64,000 bases of DNA from Candidatus Hydrogenedentota bacterium (GCA_019455225.1 JACFMU010000006.1:7561-71560), one strand, 5' to 3'; shown: positions 51,396 through 62,240, numbered from the stretch's first letter. Notes: a model not told the origin generated them from the sequence alone. A program made the numbers and translations.

Positions 51396-51605
51396 GGGGG
51401 CCTTCCAAAAAGATCACAACCAGAGAAAAGACCAAGAAACCGCCACTCCGTCATTCCCGTGAAAACGGGAATCCAGAGATGCAGGAATGGCGTAACCTGT
51501 TGGTATAACTGGATTCCCGCGTGCGCGGGAATGACGGCTCCGGGTTGGGCTTGTGGTGGAAAATCCTGTTTGTTGCGGAGAACTGGGGTTTTTGGAAGGC
51601 CCCCC
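51396..51605. repeat. MITE-like element copy 2 (about 210 bp), inverted relative to copy 1
   Basis: Ends GGGGGCCTTCCAAAAAG and TTTTTGGAAGGCCCCC. The interior hairpins GTCATTCCCGTGAAAACGGGAATC and GGATTCCCGCGTGCGCGGGAATGAC and the GGCGTAACCTGTTGGTATA core are the reverse complement of the 21331-21536 copy. Confidence 0.75.
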
Positions 51606-51646
51606 TGGAACCCATGCCGGATATTGGAGTGAGGCGCGCCCATGCT

Positions 51647-51675
51647 TTGACAATTTAACGGCAATGGTGTAGAGT
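51647..51675 (+). promoter_or_regulatory. candidate sigma70-type promoter for the hybrid histidine kinase gene
   Basis: TTGACA, a 17-nt spacer, then TAGAGT. About 220 nt upstream of the ATG at 51897. Confidence 0.4.
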
Positions 51676-51896
51676 TTTTTTTGGCCCTGTACGTTTATCC
51701 GCACGGGTTTGTGAAAAAGTTGTCTTTTGTGCGGGGATTGCGTTGCGGAGCGGCTGGTGGGGTTTGCCGCCCAGAGGGATCGGTGAATTCCCAATGCCGG
51801 TGTTTTTTCCTGAAGCCCGTTTTCGCGGTGCGTTGGACATACAGTCGGGGTTGTTTTCAAGGCGGGCCCCGCCGCCTAAATTTTAGGAGGCATTGC

Positions 51897-54527
51897 ATGG
51901 TTGCGGAAGTTGAACTCACGGCGGAACAGGCAACCCTGTTGGTGGTGGACAGCGACGCGGGGCAGCGGACGGCCATGGTCGGCGTGCTCGAGAGGTCCGG
52001 ATATGCGGTGCTTCAGGGTGAGAGCGCGTCAGCCGCCCTTTCCCTGACCCATGCGCACCGCCCGGTCATCGTCCTTCTGGAAACGGCCCTGCCCGACGGC
52101 GACGGCTGGGAAGTGGCCCAGGCAATCAAGTCCGACCCGGCGCTGGCCGGTGTTTTTGTCATTCTCCTGTCCTCCGCCGACTCGGACGGTGAAAGCCGGT
52201 CTGTTGAGCGCGGTGACGGGCTTGCGGACGGGCACATAGTCCAGCCCGTTTCCCCGAAAGTGCTGCTCGGCTGGATAGAGACCTTCATGCGCATCCAGAC
52301 AGTGCAGTCGGCCCTGCGCGCCGGGGAGGAAAAGTTTCGGTCCCTTTTCAGGAACACGGACGCGGCGGCCTGTCTGTGCGAGGTGGTCCATGAGGGGGGC
52401 CGTGTGGCGGACTACCGTGTCTTGGATGTCAACCCGTCTTTCGAGAAAATCACCGGGCTGGACAGGGGGCGCGCCGTGGGCGCGCTGGCGTCGGTCTTGT
52501 ACGGGATGGAGGAGGCGCCCTTTCTGGGGGCCTGCGCCGTTGTCGCGGAGACCGGGGAGCCGGCCAAATTTGAGAAACTTTTCGCGCCGTTGGGCAGGCA
52601 TGTGCATGTCACCCTGTCCTGTCCTGGCCGGGGCCGTTTTTTAATGGTGTTCTCCGATGTGACGGAGCGCAGGCAGTCGGAGGAGGAGCTGAAAAAACTG
52701 GGCGGCATGCTGGCAGGCCAGGCCGGACCGTCCGGGCCGGAGGCTGCGGCGGCCGCCGGGGGCCGTTATGTGGATTTGGCCGCGCAGAACCGGGACGGGC
52801 TTATCTTGGGGGCGTTGGGTTCGGGGCGGCTTGACAGCATCGCCGAGGAATATCTGGACCTGCTCGGCACGACCTTTTTTGTCTGCGAGGGTTCCGGCGC
52901 CTATGCGGTCCGGAAACTGGCGTCGTCCTGGTGCCGTGTCATGGACGAGGCGTCGCGGAAACTGTGCGGCGCCCAGGACAACACCACCGCGCTGGAGTCC
53001 GGAAAATGGCTCTGCCATGAGTCCTGCTGGACGGAGGCGTCAAAGCGCGCCATAAAGGAGCGTGTTCCAGTGGACATGGAGTGCAGCGGCGGTGTCAAGA
53101 TTTACACCGTGCCGGTGCTTGCGGGGGGTGAGGCGGTGGGCGCGGCGGGTTTTGGGTACGGGGACCCGCCGGCGGACCCGTCACAGCTCGAGTCGCTGGC
53201 CGCCGCCCACGGACTGGAGGCGTCTGAACTGGCGGCGGCGGCGGAGGAGGCGCGGGGCAATGCTTCGGACCTGGTCGCCATGGCCAAAAGCCGCCTCCAA
53301 ACCACCGCGCAGTTGATAGGCTCGCTGGTGGAGGTGTGGCGGGTCGAGGAGCAGCGCCGCCAGTTGGAGAGCCATCTCCGCCAGGCCCAGAAGGTCGAGG
53401 CCGTCAGCCGGCTTTCGGGCGGCATGGCGCACGACTTCAACAACATGCTCAATGTGGTGCTCGGCTACGCCGACATGGCGCTGATGAAACTCGCCCCCGG
53501 AGACCCGGTCCGCGATGACATCCACGAGATTGTGAAGGCCAGCCAGCGGTCCGCGGACCTCGCCCGGCAGCTCATCGCCTTCCTTGGGAGCCAGGACGCG
53601 GAGCCGAAGGTGCTGGACATTAACGACGCGACCGCGGGCATGCTGAAAATGCTTGGAAAGATGATCGGCGAGGACATCCGCCTGGTTTGGAAGCCGGGCC
53701 GGAATGTCTGGCCGGTCCGGATGGACCCGGCGCAGTTTGACCAGATTCTGGTGAACATGGCCGCCACCGCGCGGGACGCCATCGAGGGGACGGGCAAGGT
53801 GGTGGTGGAGACCGTCCCGATGGAGGTGGACGAGGCCTACTGCGCCGCGCATCCGGGGGTGCTTCCCGGACAATATTCGCTGCTGGCGTTCAGCGACAAC
53901 GGCCGGGGCATGCCCCGGGAGGCGGTCGAGGAGATTTTCAAGCCCTTCGCCGCCGATGATGTCCTCGGAAGGGAGGCGGGGCTTGGCCCCGCCACGGTGT
54001 ACGGGATTGTGCGCCAGAACGGCGGGTTTATCAGTGTTTACAGCGAGCCGGGGCACGGCACCACCTTCAAAATCCACCTGCCCCGCCATCATGAGGAGTC
54101 GGCGCAGAAGGGGGGTGCGTCGCCTGCCGCGGCGCAGCCCAAGGCGGTGACCGGCTCGGAGACGGTGCTGCTGGTCGAGGACGAGGCGTCCCTGCTCCAG
54201 CTCAGTGAAAAACTGCTGGCCTCGCTGGGCTACAAGGTGCTCGCCGCCAACAGCCCGGTGCTTGCCCTGCAAATGGCCCAGAACCATCCCGGGAAAATAG
54301 ACCTGCTGCTTACGGACGTGGTGATGCCCGAGATGAGCGGGCCCATTCTGCGAAAGCAGATGAGCCTTCTGCTGCCGGATGTCAAATGCCTGTACATGTC
54401 CGGATACACGGCCAATGTGATTGCGAACCGGGGCATGATTGGGGAGGACGTCCCCTTTCTCCAGAAGCCGTTCTCGCGGTCCGAACTTGCCGCGAAAATC
54501 CGCGAGGCCCTTGGCGCGGACGCCTAG
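51897..54527 (+). CDS. hybrid sensor histidine kinase with N-terminal and C-terminal receiver domains
   Basis: N-terminal REC (LLVVDSDAGQR...VLLETALPDGDGWEV), PAS-like region, HisKA H-box (GGMAHDFNNMLNVVLGYADMAL), HATPase_c (G-boxes GLGPATVYGIV), and a C-terminal REC (VLLVEDEASLLQ...LLLTDVVMPEMSG). AGGAGG RBS upstream. Confidence 0.9.
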   Translation: MVAEVELTAEQATLLVVDSDAGQRTAMVGVLERSGYAVLQGESASAALSLTHAHRPVIVLLETALPDGDGWEVAQAIKSDPALAGVFVILLSSADSDGESRSVERGDGLADGHIVQPVSPKVLLGWIETFMRIQTVQSALRAGEEKFRSLFRNTDAAACLCEVVHEGGRVADYRVLDVNPSFEKITGLDRGRAVGALASVLYGMEEAPFLGACAVVAETGEPAKFEKLFAPLGRHVHVTLSCPGRGRFLMVFSDVTERRQSEEELKKLGGMLAGQAGPSGPEAAAAAGGRYVDLAAQNRDGLILGALGSGRLDSIAEEYLDLLGTTFFVCEGSGAYAVRKLASSWCRVMDEASRKLCGAQDNTTALESGKWLCHESCWTEASKRAIKERVPVDMECSGGVKIYTVPVLAGGEAVGAAGFGYGDPPADPSQLESLAAAHGLEASELAAAAEEARGNASDLVAMAKSRLQTTAQLIGSLVEVWRVEEQRRQLESHLRQAQKVEAVSRLSGGMAHDFNNMLNVVLGYADMALMKLAPGDPVRDDIHEIVKASQRSADLARQLIAFLGSQDAEPKVLDINDATAGMLKMLGKMIGEDIRLVWKPGRNVWPVRMDPAQFDQILVNMAATARDAIEGTGKVVVETVPMEVDEAYCAAHPGVLPGQYSLLAFSDNGRGMPREAVEEIFKPFAADDVLGREAGLGPATVYGIVRQNGGFISVYSEPGHGTTFKIHLPRHHEESAQKGGASPAAAQPKAVTGSETVLLVEDEASLLQLSEKLLASLGYKVLAANSPVLALQMAQNHPGKIDLLLTDVVMPEMSGPILRKQMSLLLPDVKCLYMSGYTANVIANRGMIGEDVPFLQKPFSRSELAAKIREALGADA

Positions 54528-54733
54528 GGCGCGGTTTTCACGGCCGGCGGCACCGGCGGCGTAACTCCTTGCGCGGCAATAGTTGCGCCGCGTTCCGCAC
54601 AAATGCTATACTTCCCCCGTTTTTAACTTCACAGAGACGCCTTCCCGGCGCGCGCCGGGGGTGGATTCGGGTGTCCGGCCCGTGGCCGGATGAATCCATG
54701 CGTCTCAAGGCACAACCCGAACGGAGGAGTATC

Positions 54734-55594
54734 ATGGCCATCGTCACCATGCGCGAGCTGCTGGAGTCCGGCATACATTTCGGGCACCAAACCCGCCGCT
54801 GGCACCCCAAAATGTCCCGTTACATCTACGGGCAGCGCAACGGCATCTACATCATCAACCTTCAGCACACCCTGCGCCAGCTCTACAAGGCGTACGGCCT
54901 CGTCCGCGACACCGTCGCCCAGGGCGGCCACGTGCTGATGGTCGGCACCAAGCGCCAGGCGCAGGAGCCGGTGCAGCGCGAGGCGGAGCGCTGCGGCATG
55001 TACTATGTCAACAGCCGCTGGCTCGGCGGCACGCTGACCAATTTCCGCACCGTGAAGCAGAGCATCACGCGCCTCACCCAGCTCCAGGAGCTGGAGACGG
55101 ACCCCGAGGCGGAGAAGAAGCACACCAAGAAGGAGCTGGTGCTCCTGCGCAAGGACCGCGTCAAACTCGAGCGGAACCTCCTCGGCATCCAGAAGATGCC
55201 CGGCACCCCCAGCGTCGTCTTCGTCATTGACGCCAAGCGCGAGGACATCGCCGTGAAGGAGGCCCAGCGCCTCCACATCCCCTGCATCGGCGTGGTGGAC
55301 ACCAACTGCGACCCCGAAATGGTGGACCTGCCCATCCCCGGCAACGACGACGCCATCCGCGCCGTGAACCTGTACTGCAAGATTATTGCCGACGCGGCCA
55401 TCGAGGGCCGGATGCGCGCCGAGAAGGTGCGCGCCGACCGCGAAGAGGACATGATGGCCAGGACCGAGGGCTCGGATGAGGAGGCCGCGGCCCCCGCCGC
55501 CGGCGACACCGTGGACGAAAACTATGACCGGGCCTACGACGGGGAGCCCGTCGCGGTGGATGAGCCCGCGGAAGCCGCCCCGGCCGCCGAGTAA
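54734..55594 (+). CDS. rpsB: 30S ribosomal protein S2
   Basis: MRELLESGIHFGHQTRRWHPKM...VVDTNCDP is canonical S2, with an acidic C-terminal tail. GGAGG RBS. Confidence 0.95.
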   Translation: MAIVTMRELLESGIHFGHQTRRWHPKMSRYIYGQRNGIYIINLQHTLRQLYKAYGLVRDTVAQGGHVLMVGTKRQAQEPVQREAERCGMYYVNSRWLGGTLTNFRTVKQSITRLTQLQELETDPEAEKKHTKKELVLLRKDRVKLERNLLGIQKMPGTPSVVFVIDAKREDIAVKEAQRLHIPCIGVVDTNCDPEMVDLPIPGNDDAIRAVNLYCKIIADAAIEGRMRAEKVRADREEDMMARTEGSDEEAAAPAAGDTVDENYDRAYDGEPVAVDEPAEAAPAAE

Positions 55595-55632
55595 CCCCCG
55601 AACCGAAACGGAAGAACAAGGAAACGACAACG

Positions 55633-56298
55633 ATGAGCATTTCTGCTGCCGAAGTGAAAGAACTGCGCGACGCCACCGGCGCCGGCATGATGGACTGCAA
55701 GCGCGCCCTCACCGAGAACAACGGCGATTTTGACGCGGCGGTCAAGTGGCTCCGCGAGAAGGGCATGGCGAAGGCCGCCAAGCGCGCCAGCAAGGTGGCC
55801 TCGGAGGGCGCGGTCGCGTCCTACATCCACATGGGCGGGAAAATCGGCGTGCTGGTCGAGGTGAACTGCGAGACCGACTTTGTGGCGCGGGGCGAGGACT
55901 TCCGCACCCTGGTCAACGACATCTGCCTCCAGATTTGCGCCTCGTCCCCCCGCTGGATTCAGCGCGAGGACGTGCCACAGGCCGAGTACGACGCCGAAAT
56001 GGAGGTCTATGTCCGGCAGGCGATGGAGACGGGCAAGCCCGAGCAGATTTGCCGCAAGATCGCCGAGGGGAAAATGAGCAAGTGGTACAGCGAGGTCTGC
56101 CTGCTGGAGCAGCCCTTCGTCAAGGACGACAAGAAGACCATCAAGGACCTCGTGGCCGAGCTCACGGGCAAGTGCGGCGAGAAACTGGCCGTCCGCCGCT
56201 TCGTCCGCTTCGAGCTGGGCGAGGGCATCGAGAAGCCCGTGTCCAACCTCGCCGAAGAGGTGGCGGCTGAGCTGGCCAAGGCCGAAAACAAGGGGTAA
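55633..56298 (+). CDS. tsf: translation elongation factor Ts
   Basis: [42 protein letters not shown] is the EF-Ts UBA-like N-terminus. Confidence 0.95.
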   Translation: MSISAAEVKELRDATGAGMMDCKRALTENNGDFDAAVKWLREKGMAKAAKRASKVASEGAVASYIHMGGKIGVLVEVNCETDFVARGEDFRTLVNDICLQICASSPRWIQREDVPQAEYDAEMEVYVRQAMETGKPEQICRKIAEGKMSKWYSEVCLLEQPFVKDDKKTIKDLVAELTGKCGEKLAVRRFVRFELGEGIEKPVSNLAEEVAAELAKAENKG

Positions 56299-56309
56299 AT
56301 CCTTTGGAA

Positions 56310-57023
56310 ATGCCGGTTTACAGGCGTGTGCTGCTCAAGTTGAGCGGGGAGGCCCTTCAGGGCGCCTCCTCCGGCGGCATTGACTCCGCCACGGTCGGGC
56401 GTTTCGCGGACGAGCTGGCCGCGGCCGCCAAGGAGGGCGTGCAAATCGGCCTCGTGGTGGGCGGCGGCAACATCTTCCGCGGCGCCGAAGGCGCCGAGAC
56501 GGGGCTGGACCGGCCCACCGGTGACTACATGGGCATGCTCGCCACGGTGATCAACGCCCTGGCCATCCAGGCGGCGGTCGAGGCGCGGGGTGTGCCCACG
56601 CGGGTGCTCAGCGCCATCGAGATGCCCCCGGTCGCCGAGCGCTACATCCGCCGCCGCGCCACGCGCCACCTGGACAAGGGCCGCGTGGTCATCTTCGCGG
56701 CGGGCACCGGCAACCCCTTTTTCACCACGGACACCGCCGCCGCGCTGCGCGCCAATGAAATCGGCGCGGAGGTGCTGCTGAAGGCCACGAAGGTGGACGG
56801 CGTCTACGACGCGGACCCGAAGAAAGACCCCGGCGCCAAACGTTTCACCACGCTGGGCTTCACCGAGGTGCTCTCGCGGAACCTCCGCGTGATGGACGCC
56901 ACGGCCATATCCCTGTGCCGTGAGAACCAGTTGCCCGTCATCGTCTTCGACCTGACACAGCCGGGCAACATCCTGAAAGTGCTTCATGGCGACCCCATTG
57001 GAACGCTGGTAAAGGGAGACTGA
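56310..57023 (+). CDS. pyrH: UMP kinase
   Basis: [13 protein letters not shown]...[12 protein letters not shown]...[18 protein letters not shown]. An upstream in-frame TTG at 56304 is an alternative start. Confidence 0.95.
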   Translation: MPVYRRVLLKLSGEALQGASSGGIDSATVGRFADELAAAAKEGVQIGLVVGGGNIFRGAEGAETGLDRPTGDYMGMLATVINALAIQAAVEARGVPTRVLSAIEMPPVAERYIRRRATRHLDKGRVVIFAAGTGNPFFTTDTAAALRANEIGAEVLLKATKVDGVYDADPKKDPGAKRFTTLGFTEVLSRNLRVMDATAISLCRENQLPVIVFDLTQPGNILKVLHGDPIGTLVKGD

Positions 57024-57026
57024 GAC

Positions 57027-57587
57027 ATGCCGCACAACGCCACGATGAACGACGCCCGGGACAGGATGGACAAGAGCGTGGAGGCCTACCGCCAGGAACT
57101 CGGCAACATCCGCACGGGCCGCGCGAGCGCGGGCATGCTGGACATCGTCGAGGTGGAGGTCTACGGCTCGAAGATGAAGATCAACCAGCTCGGCACGGTC
57201 ACCGTGCCCGACGCGCACTGCATCGCCATTGACCTCTGGGACAAGTCCCAGATCAACACGGTGGAGAAGGCCCTGCGCGCCTCGCAGTTGAACGTCAACC
57301 CGTCCAACGACGGCAGGGTCATCCGCATCCCGATTCCGCCGCTCACCGAGGACCGCCGGAAGGACCTGGTGAAACTGGCCGCGCGGCTGGCCGAGGAGGC
57401 GCGGGTCGCCATCCGCAATGTCCGCCGCCACGCCATTGAGGCCATCAAGGCGCACCAGAAGGACGGCGACATCCCCGAGGACGACGCCCACCGCATGTCC
57501 GACGAGATACAGAAACTGACGGACAAGCACATCGAGTCCATAGACGCCGCCTTCAAGTCGAAAGAGGCGGACATCATGGAGGTGTGA
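57027..57587 (+). CDS. frr: ribosome recycling factor
   Basis: RTGRASAGMLDIVEVEVYGSKMKINQLGTVTVPD...LTEDRRKDLVK. AGGGAG RBS. Confidence 0.95.
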   Translation: MPHNATMNDARDRMDKSVEAYRQELGNIRTGRASAGMLDIVEVEVYGSKMKINQLGTVTVPDAHCIAIDLWDKSQINTVEKALRASQLNVNPSNDGRVIRIPIPPLTEDRRKDLVKLAARLAEEARVAIRNVRRHAIEAIKAHQKDGDIPEDDAHRMSDEIQKLTDKHIESIDAAFKSKEADIMEV

Positions 57588-57625
57588 GCGCGGAGATGAC
57601 CGGAAAGGCTTGAACACTTATTGGG

Positions 57626-57674
57626 CCGCCGCGGACGGGATGCGCGAAACACCCCGCCCGCGGCGGTTTGTCTT
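57626..57674 (+). terminator. possible intrinsic terminator after frr
   Basis: 9-bp GC stem CCGCCGCGG / CCGCGGCGG with a 23-nt loop, followed by TTTGTCTT. The loop is unusually long, so this call is weak. Confidence 0.35.
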
Positions 57675-57728
57675 GAGGGGACGGCTTGGACCGCCCCCGC
57701 CCCAACCTGGAACAATGGAAAACGCCGC

Positions 57729-58495
<767 letters not shown>

Positions 58496-58499
<4 letters not shown>

Positions 58500-59380
58500 G
58501 CGGCGGGGCGGAGAAGAAGGGCGGGAACACGGCGGTCCGCCTGGGCACGGCGCTGGTTCTCGGGCCGCTGGCGCTGGTGCTCATCTGGGTGCCCGCGCTG
58601 CAAATCCCCCTCATCCTCTTCGTGGCCTTCCTGGTCTTCCAGGGGCTGCGCGAGTATTGCGGCATGCTCGGGGCGCTGGGGCTGCCCACCATGCGGCGCA
58701 CGGTCCTTGCTGCGGGCACCTGCGTGATTCTCTGGAACGGGGGCATGGTGCTGACCGACTGGAACGGGTGGGCCTCGCACCCCGTGGTCACCGGCCTTTC
58801 CGCCGCGTTCATGGTCATCGCCGTGATGCACCTGCTGAACCCCGTCCACAGCCTGCACGCGCTCGCGGCGGACGTGTTCGGCGTGGCCTATGTGGCCGGC
58901 CTGGGCTCGTACCTGGTCATCATACACGGCTGGGAGGGCATGGGCCCCGGCCTGGTCACCCTGCTGCTGGTGGCGGTGGTCTTCTCCGACACGGGCGCCT
59001 ACTTCGTCGGGCGCGCCTTCGGCAGGCACAAACTCGCCCCGCGCACCAGCCCGAAGAAAAGCTGGGAGGGCGCCTTCGGCGGCGTGCTGGGCGCGGTTGC
59101 CGCGACGGCCGTCCTGCTCCTGCTCATCCGCGCGTTTGGCTGGGAGGCGTCCTACCCGCTGGCGGGCTGGGCCGTGTACCTTCCCCTGGCGGCGGCCCTG
59201 TCGGTGGTGGGCCAGTTCGGCGACCTCATCGAGTCCATGCTCAAGCGCGAGGCCGGGGTCAAGGACTCGGGCACCCTGTTCCCGGGCCATGGCGGCGTCC
59301 TGGACCGCTGCGACGGCATCCTCTTCGCCGCGCCCGCCCTCTATTACCTTTTTTACGGCCTCATCGCCCTGCTGGGGTGA
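58496..59380 (+). CDS. cdsA: phosphatidate cytidylyltransferase
   Basis: Multi-TM protein with the CTP_transf_1 signature SMLKREAGVKDSGTLFPGHGGVLDRCDG. ATGA overlap with uppS. Confidence 0.9.
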
Positions 59381-59419
59381 GCGGGGCCGTCCGGCAAACA
59401 CGCAAAGGAACCACGGAAC

Positions 59420-60544
59420 ATGTATGAAGTCGAGGCGCAGCAGGCGGGCGAGTTTCAGACCCGGCTCGCCGGGCTGCGCAAAAGCCTGAATGTGGAGAGC
59501 GTCAAGGGCGACATCGCCGAACTCGAGCAGCGGATGGCCGTGCCCGGTTTCTGGGACGACATGGAGTCCGCCCAGAAGGTGGTGCAGCAGCTCAAGGCGC
59601 TGAAGGCCGTGGTGGGCGCGCCCGACGAGCTCGCCCGCGAGATCGAGGACGCCTCGACGATGGTCGAGATGGGCGTCGAGATGGAGGACGAGTCCGTCGC
59701 CTCCGAGATCGCCGGCATGCTCGGGCGCATCGAGGCGAAACTGCACCGCCTCGAGCTCAACAGCCTGTTCCAGGACCCCCGCGACACCAAGACCGCCATG
59801 GTGAACGTCCACCCCGGCGCGGGCGGCACCGAGTCCTGCGACTGGGCCATGATGCTCTACCGCATGTTCACCCGCTTCTGCGAGCTGCGCGACTTCACGG
59901 TCGAGGTGCTCGACTTTCAGGACGGCGAGGAGGCGGGGCTGAAAAGCGCCTCGCTGCGGGTCTCCGGGCCCTACGCCTTCGGCACGCTGAAGTCCGAGGA
60001 CGGCGTCCACCGCCTGGTGCGCATCTCCCCCTTCGACTCGGCGGCGCGCCGCCACACCTCCTTCGCGGCCATCGAGGTGCTCGCCGAGGTGGACGAGGAC
60101 ATCGAAATCGAGATCAAGGAGGACGACATCAAGATGGACGTGTTCCGCTCGAGCGGCGCGGGCGGCCAGAAGGTGAACAAGACCAGCTCGGCCGTGCGGC
60201 TCACCCACCTGCCCACGGGCATCGTGGTCTCCTGCCAGATCGAGCGGTCCCAGCACCGCAACCGCGACACGGCCATGCAGATGCTCAAGGCCAAGCTCTA
60301 CGACATCGAGATGAAACGCAAGGAGGCGGAGCTCAGCGCCGCCCGCGAGGGGCAGCAGGACGTGGCCTGGGGCAGCCAGATTCGCAGCTACGTCCTCCAC
60401 CCCTACCAGATGATCAAGGACCACCGGACCAACGCCGAAACGGGCAACGTGGACCGCGTCCTGAACGGTGAGCTCGACCTCTTTGTCGAGGCCTACCTCA
60501 AGTGGAACCTCGAGCGGAAGAGCGGGGTCAGGGACGACGACTAA
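59420..60544 (+). CDS. prfB: peptide chain release factor 2, encoded without the programmed +1 frameshift
   Basis: SPF tripeptide (RISPFDS), GGQ (SGAGGQ), and RF-2-type domain 1. A single continuous ORF from the ATG with no internal in-frame TGA near codon 25. Confidence 0.9.
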   Translation: MYEVEAQQAGEFQTRLAGLRKSLNVESVKGDIAELEQRMAVPGFWDDMESAQKVVQQLKALKAVVGAPDELAREIEDASTMVEMGVEMEDESVASEIAGMLGRIEAKLHRLELNSLFQDPRDTKTAMVNVHPGAGGTESCDWAMMLYRMFTRFCELRDFTVEVLDFQDGEEAGLKSASLRVSGPYAFGTLKSEDGVHRLVRISPFDSAARRHTSFAAIEVLAEVDEDIEIEIKEDDIKMDVFRSSGAGGQKVNKTSSAVRLTHLPTGIVVSCQIERSQHRNRDTAMQMLKAKLYDIEMKRKEAELSAAREGQQDVAWGSQIRSYVLHPYQMIKDHRTNAETGNVDRVLNGELDLFVEAYLKWNLERKSGVRDDD

Positions 60545-60578
60545 CCGCCCAATGCGCGGCGGATACGGAGATGGCACC

Positions 60579-62114
60579 ATGACGGACGAAAACATCCACG
60601 ACGGCGGGGACGCGCGGGAGCACCACGGCGCCGAGGCGGAACTGCGCAGGCACCGCATTCTGAAGCTGGAGCGCATCCGGGAGCGCGGCGACGAGCCCTT
60701 CAAGTACGCCTGCGTCCGCACCCACCTCATCGGCGCGGCGCGGGACGCCTTCGAGGAGATCGAGCGCGGCGCCGAACCGGACTCCGGCCCCGAACTGCCC
60801 GGCGTGCAGCTTGCCGGGCGCGTCACCGCGCGCCGCGTCCAGGGCAAGAGCGCCTTTCTGGACCTGCGCGACGAGACCGGGCGCATCCAGATTTTCCTCG
60901 GCGAGAAGCAAATCGGCGGGGAGGCCTACGACCACCTGAAGGACCTCGACATCGGCGACTTCATCCACGCCGAGGGCGCGGTGAAGCGCACCCGGCGCGG
61001 TGAAATCACCCTCTTTGCCGGGGAGTACACCTTCCTGGCCAAGTCGCTGAAGGCCGCCGCCGAGAAGTACCACGGCCTTTCCGACGTGGAGACCCGGTAC
61101 CGCCAGCGGTACCTGGACATGGTCGCGAACCCCGAGGTGCTCGATGTGTTCAAGCGGCGCGTCCGCATGGTCGCCGTCATGCGCGAGTGGCTGAACGCGC
61201 GGGGCTACCTCGAGGTCGAGACGCCCATGCTCCACCCCATCCCCGGCGGCGCCACGGCCCGGCCCTTCATCACCCACCACAACACCTACGACTGCGACCT
61301 GTACCTGCGCGTCGCGCCCGAGCTCTACCTGAAGCGGCTCATCGTCGGCGGATTCGACAAGGTCTTCGAGATCAACCGCTGCTTCCGCAACGAGGGCGTG
61401 GACACGCGCCACAACCCCGAGTTCACCACCATGGAGCTCTACGAGGCCTACCAGGACTACCTCGGGCTCATGGACGAGACGGAGGAGATGCTCTGCCACG
61501 TCATCGGCGCCGTTGTCGGCGGGGAGACCTTCGAGTATCAGGGGCGCCAGATTTCCATCGCGCGGCCCTGGAAGCGCGTCGCCCTGCACGAGGCCATCCG
61601 CCAGTATGCGGGCATAGACTTGGAGGCCACCCGCGACCGCGGGGAGGCCGCACGGCTGGCGCGGAGCGCCGGGGTCGAGGTGGACCCCACCATGGGCTAC
61701 GGCAAGATTGTGGACGCCGTCATGTCCGAAAAGGTCCAGCCCAATCTTGTCCAGCCGACGTTCCTCTACGATTACCCCATAGAGATTTCGCCTCTGGCCA
61801 AGAAGAAGCGCGGCAACCCCGCCCTCACCGAGCGGTTCCAGCCCTTCATCGCCTGCCTCGAGGTCGGCAACGCCTTCTCCGAGTTGAACGACCCCATAGA
61901 CCAGCGCGAGCGCTTCGAGGCCCAGGCCGCCCTCCGCGACGCCGGCGACGACGAGGCCCAGTTCCTCGACGAGGACTTCATCACCGCCCTGGAGGTCGGC
62001 ATGCCCCCCACCGCCGGACTCGGCATCGGCATGGACCGGCTGGCCATGCTGGTGACCAACTCCGCGTCCATCCGCGAGGTCATCTTCTTCCCGCAGTTGA
62101 GGACGCTGGCGTAG
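60579..62114 (+). CDS. lysS: lysine--tRNA ligase (class II)
   Basis: N-terminal OB anticodon-binding domain, class II motifs (FRNEGVDTRHNPEFTTMELY; GLGIGMDRLAMLVT). GGAG RBS. Confidence 0.95.
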   Translation: MTDENIHDGGDAREHHGAEAELRRHRILKLERIRERGDEPFKYACVRTHLIGAARDAFEEIERGAEPDSGPELPGVQLAGRVTARRVQGKSAFLDLRDETGRIQIFLGEKQIGGEAYDHLKDLDIGDFIHAEGAVKRTRRGEITLFAGEYTFLAKSLKAAAEKYHGLSDVETRYRQRYLDMVANPEVLDVFKRRVRMVAVMREWLNARGYLEVETPMLHPIPGGATARPFITHHNTYDCDLYLRVAPELYLKRLIVGGFDKVFEINRCFRNEGVDTRHNPEFTTMELYEAYQDYLGLMDETEEMLCHVIGAVVGGETFEYQGRQISIARPWKRVALHEAIRQYAGIDLEATRDRGEAARLARSAGVEVDPTMGYGKIVDAVMSEKVQPNLVQPTFLYDYPIEISPLAKKKRGNPALTERFQPFIACLEVGNAFSELNDPIDQRERFEAQAALRDAGDDEAQFLDEDFITALEVGMPPTAGLGIGMDRLAMLVTNSASIREVIFFPQLRTLA

Positions 62115-62117
62115 GGC

Positions 62118-62240
62118 GTGTGGTGGACATGGTGGATCGGGTGGACGGCTGAAACGGGTCGCCCGTTCAGTCTATCCCGTCCACCTCGTCCACTCCGTCC
62201 ACCCCGTCCACCTCGTCCACTTCGTCCACTCCGTCCTCTC
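62118..62240. repeat. inverted arrays of 9-bp GTGGAC-type repeats around a small hairpin; the right arm lies inside the mutY 3' coding end
   Basis: Left arm GTGGTGGACATGGTGGATCGGGTGGACGG, centre CTGAAACGGGTCGCCCGTTCAG, right arm seven units of CGTCCACYN (62178-62240) that encode GVDEVDEVDGVDGVDEVDGID on the minus strand. Confidence 0.6.
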
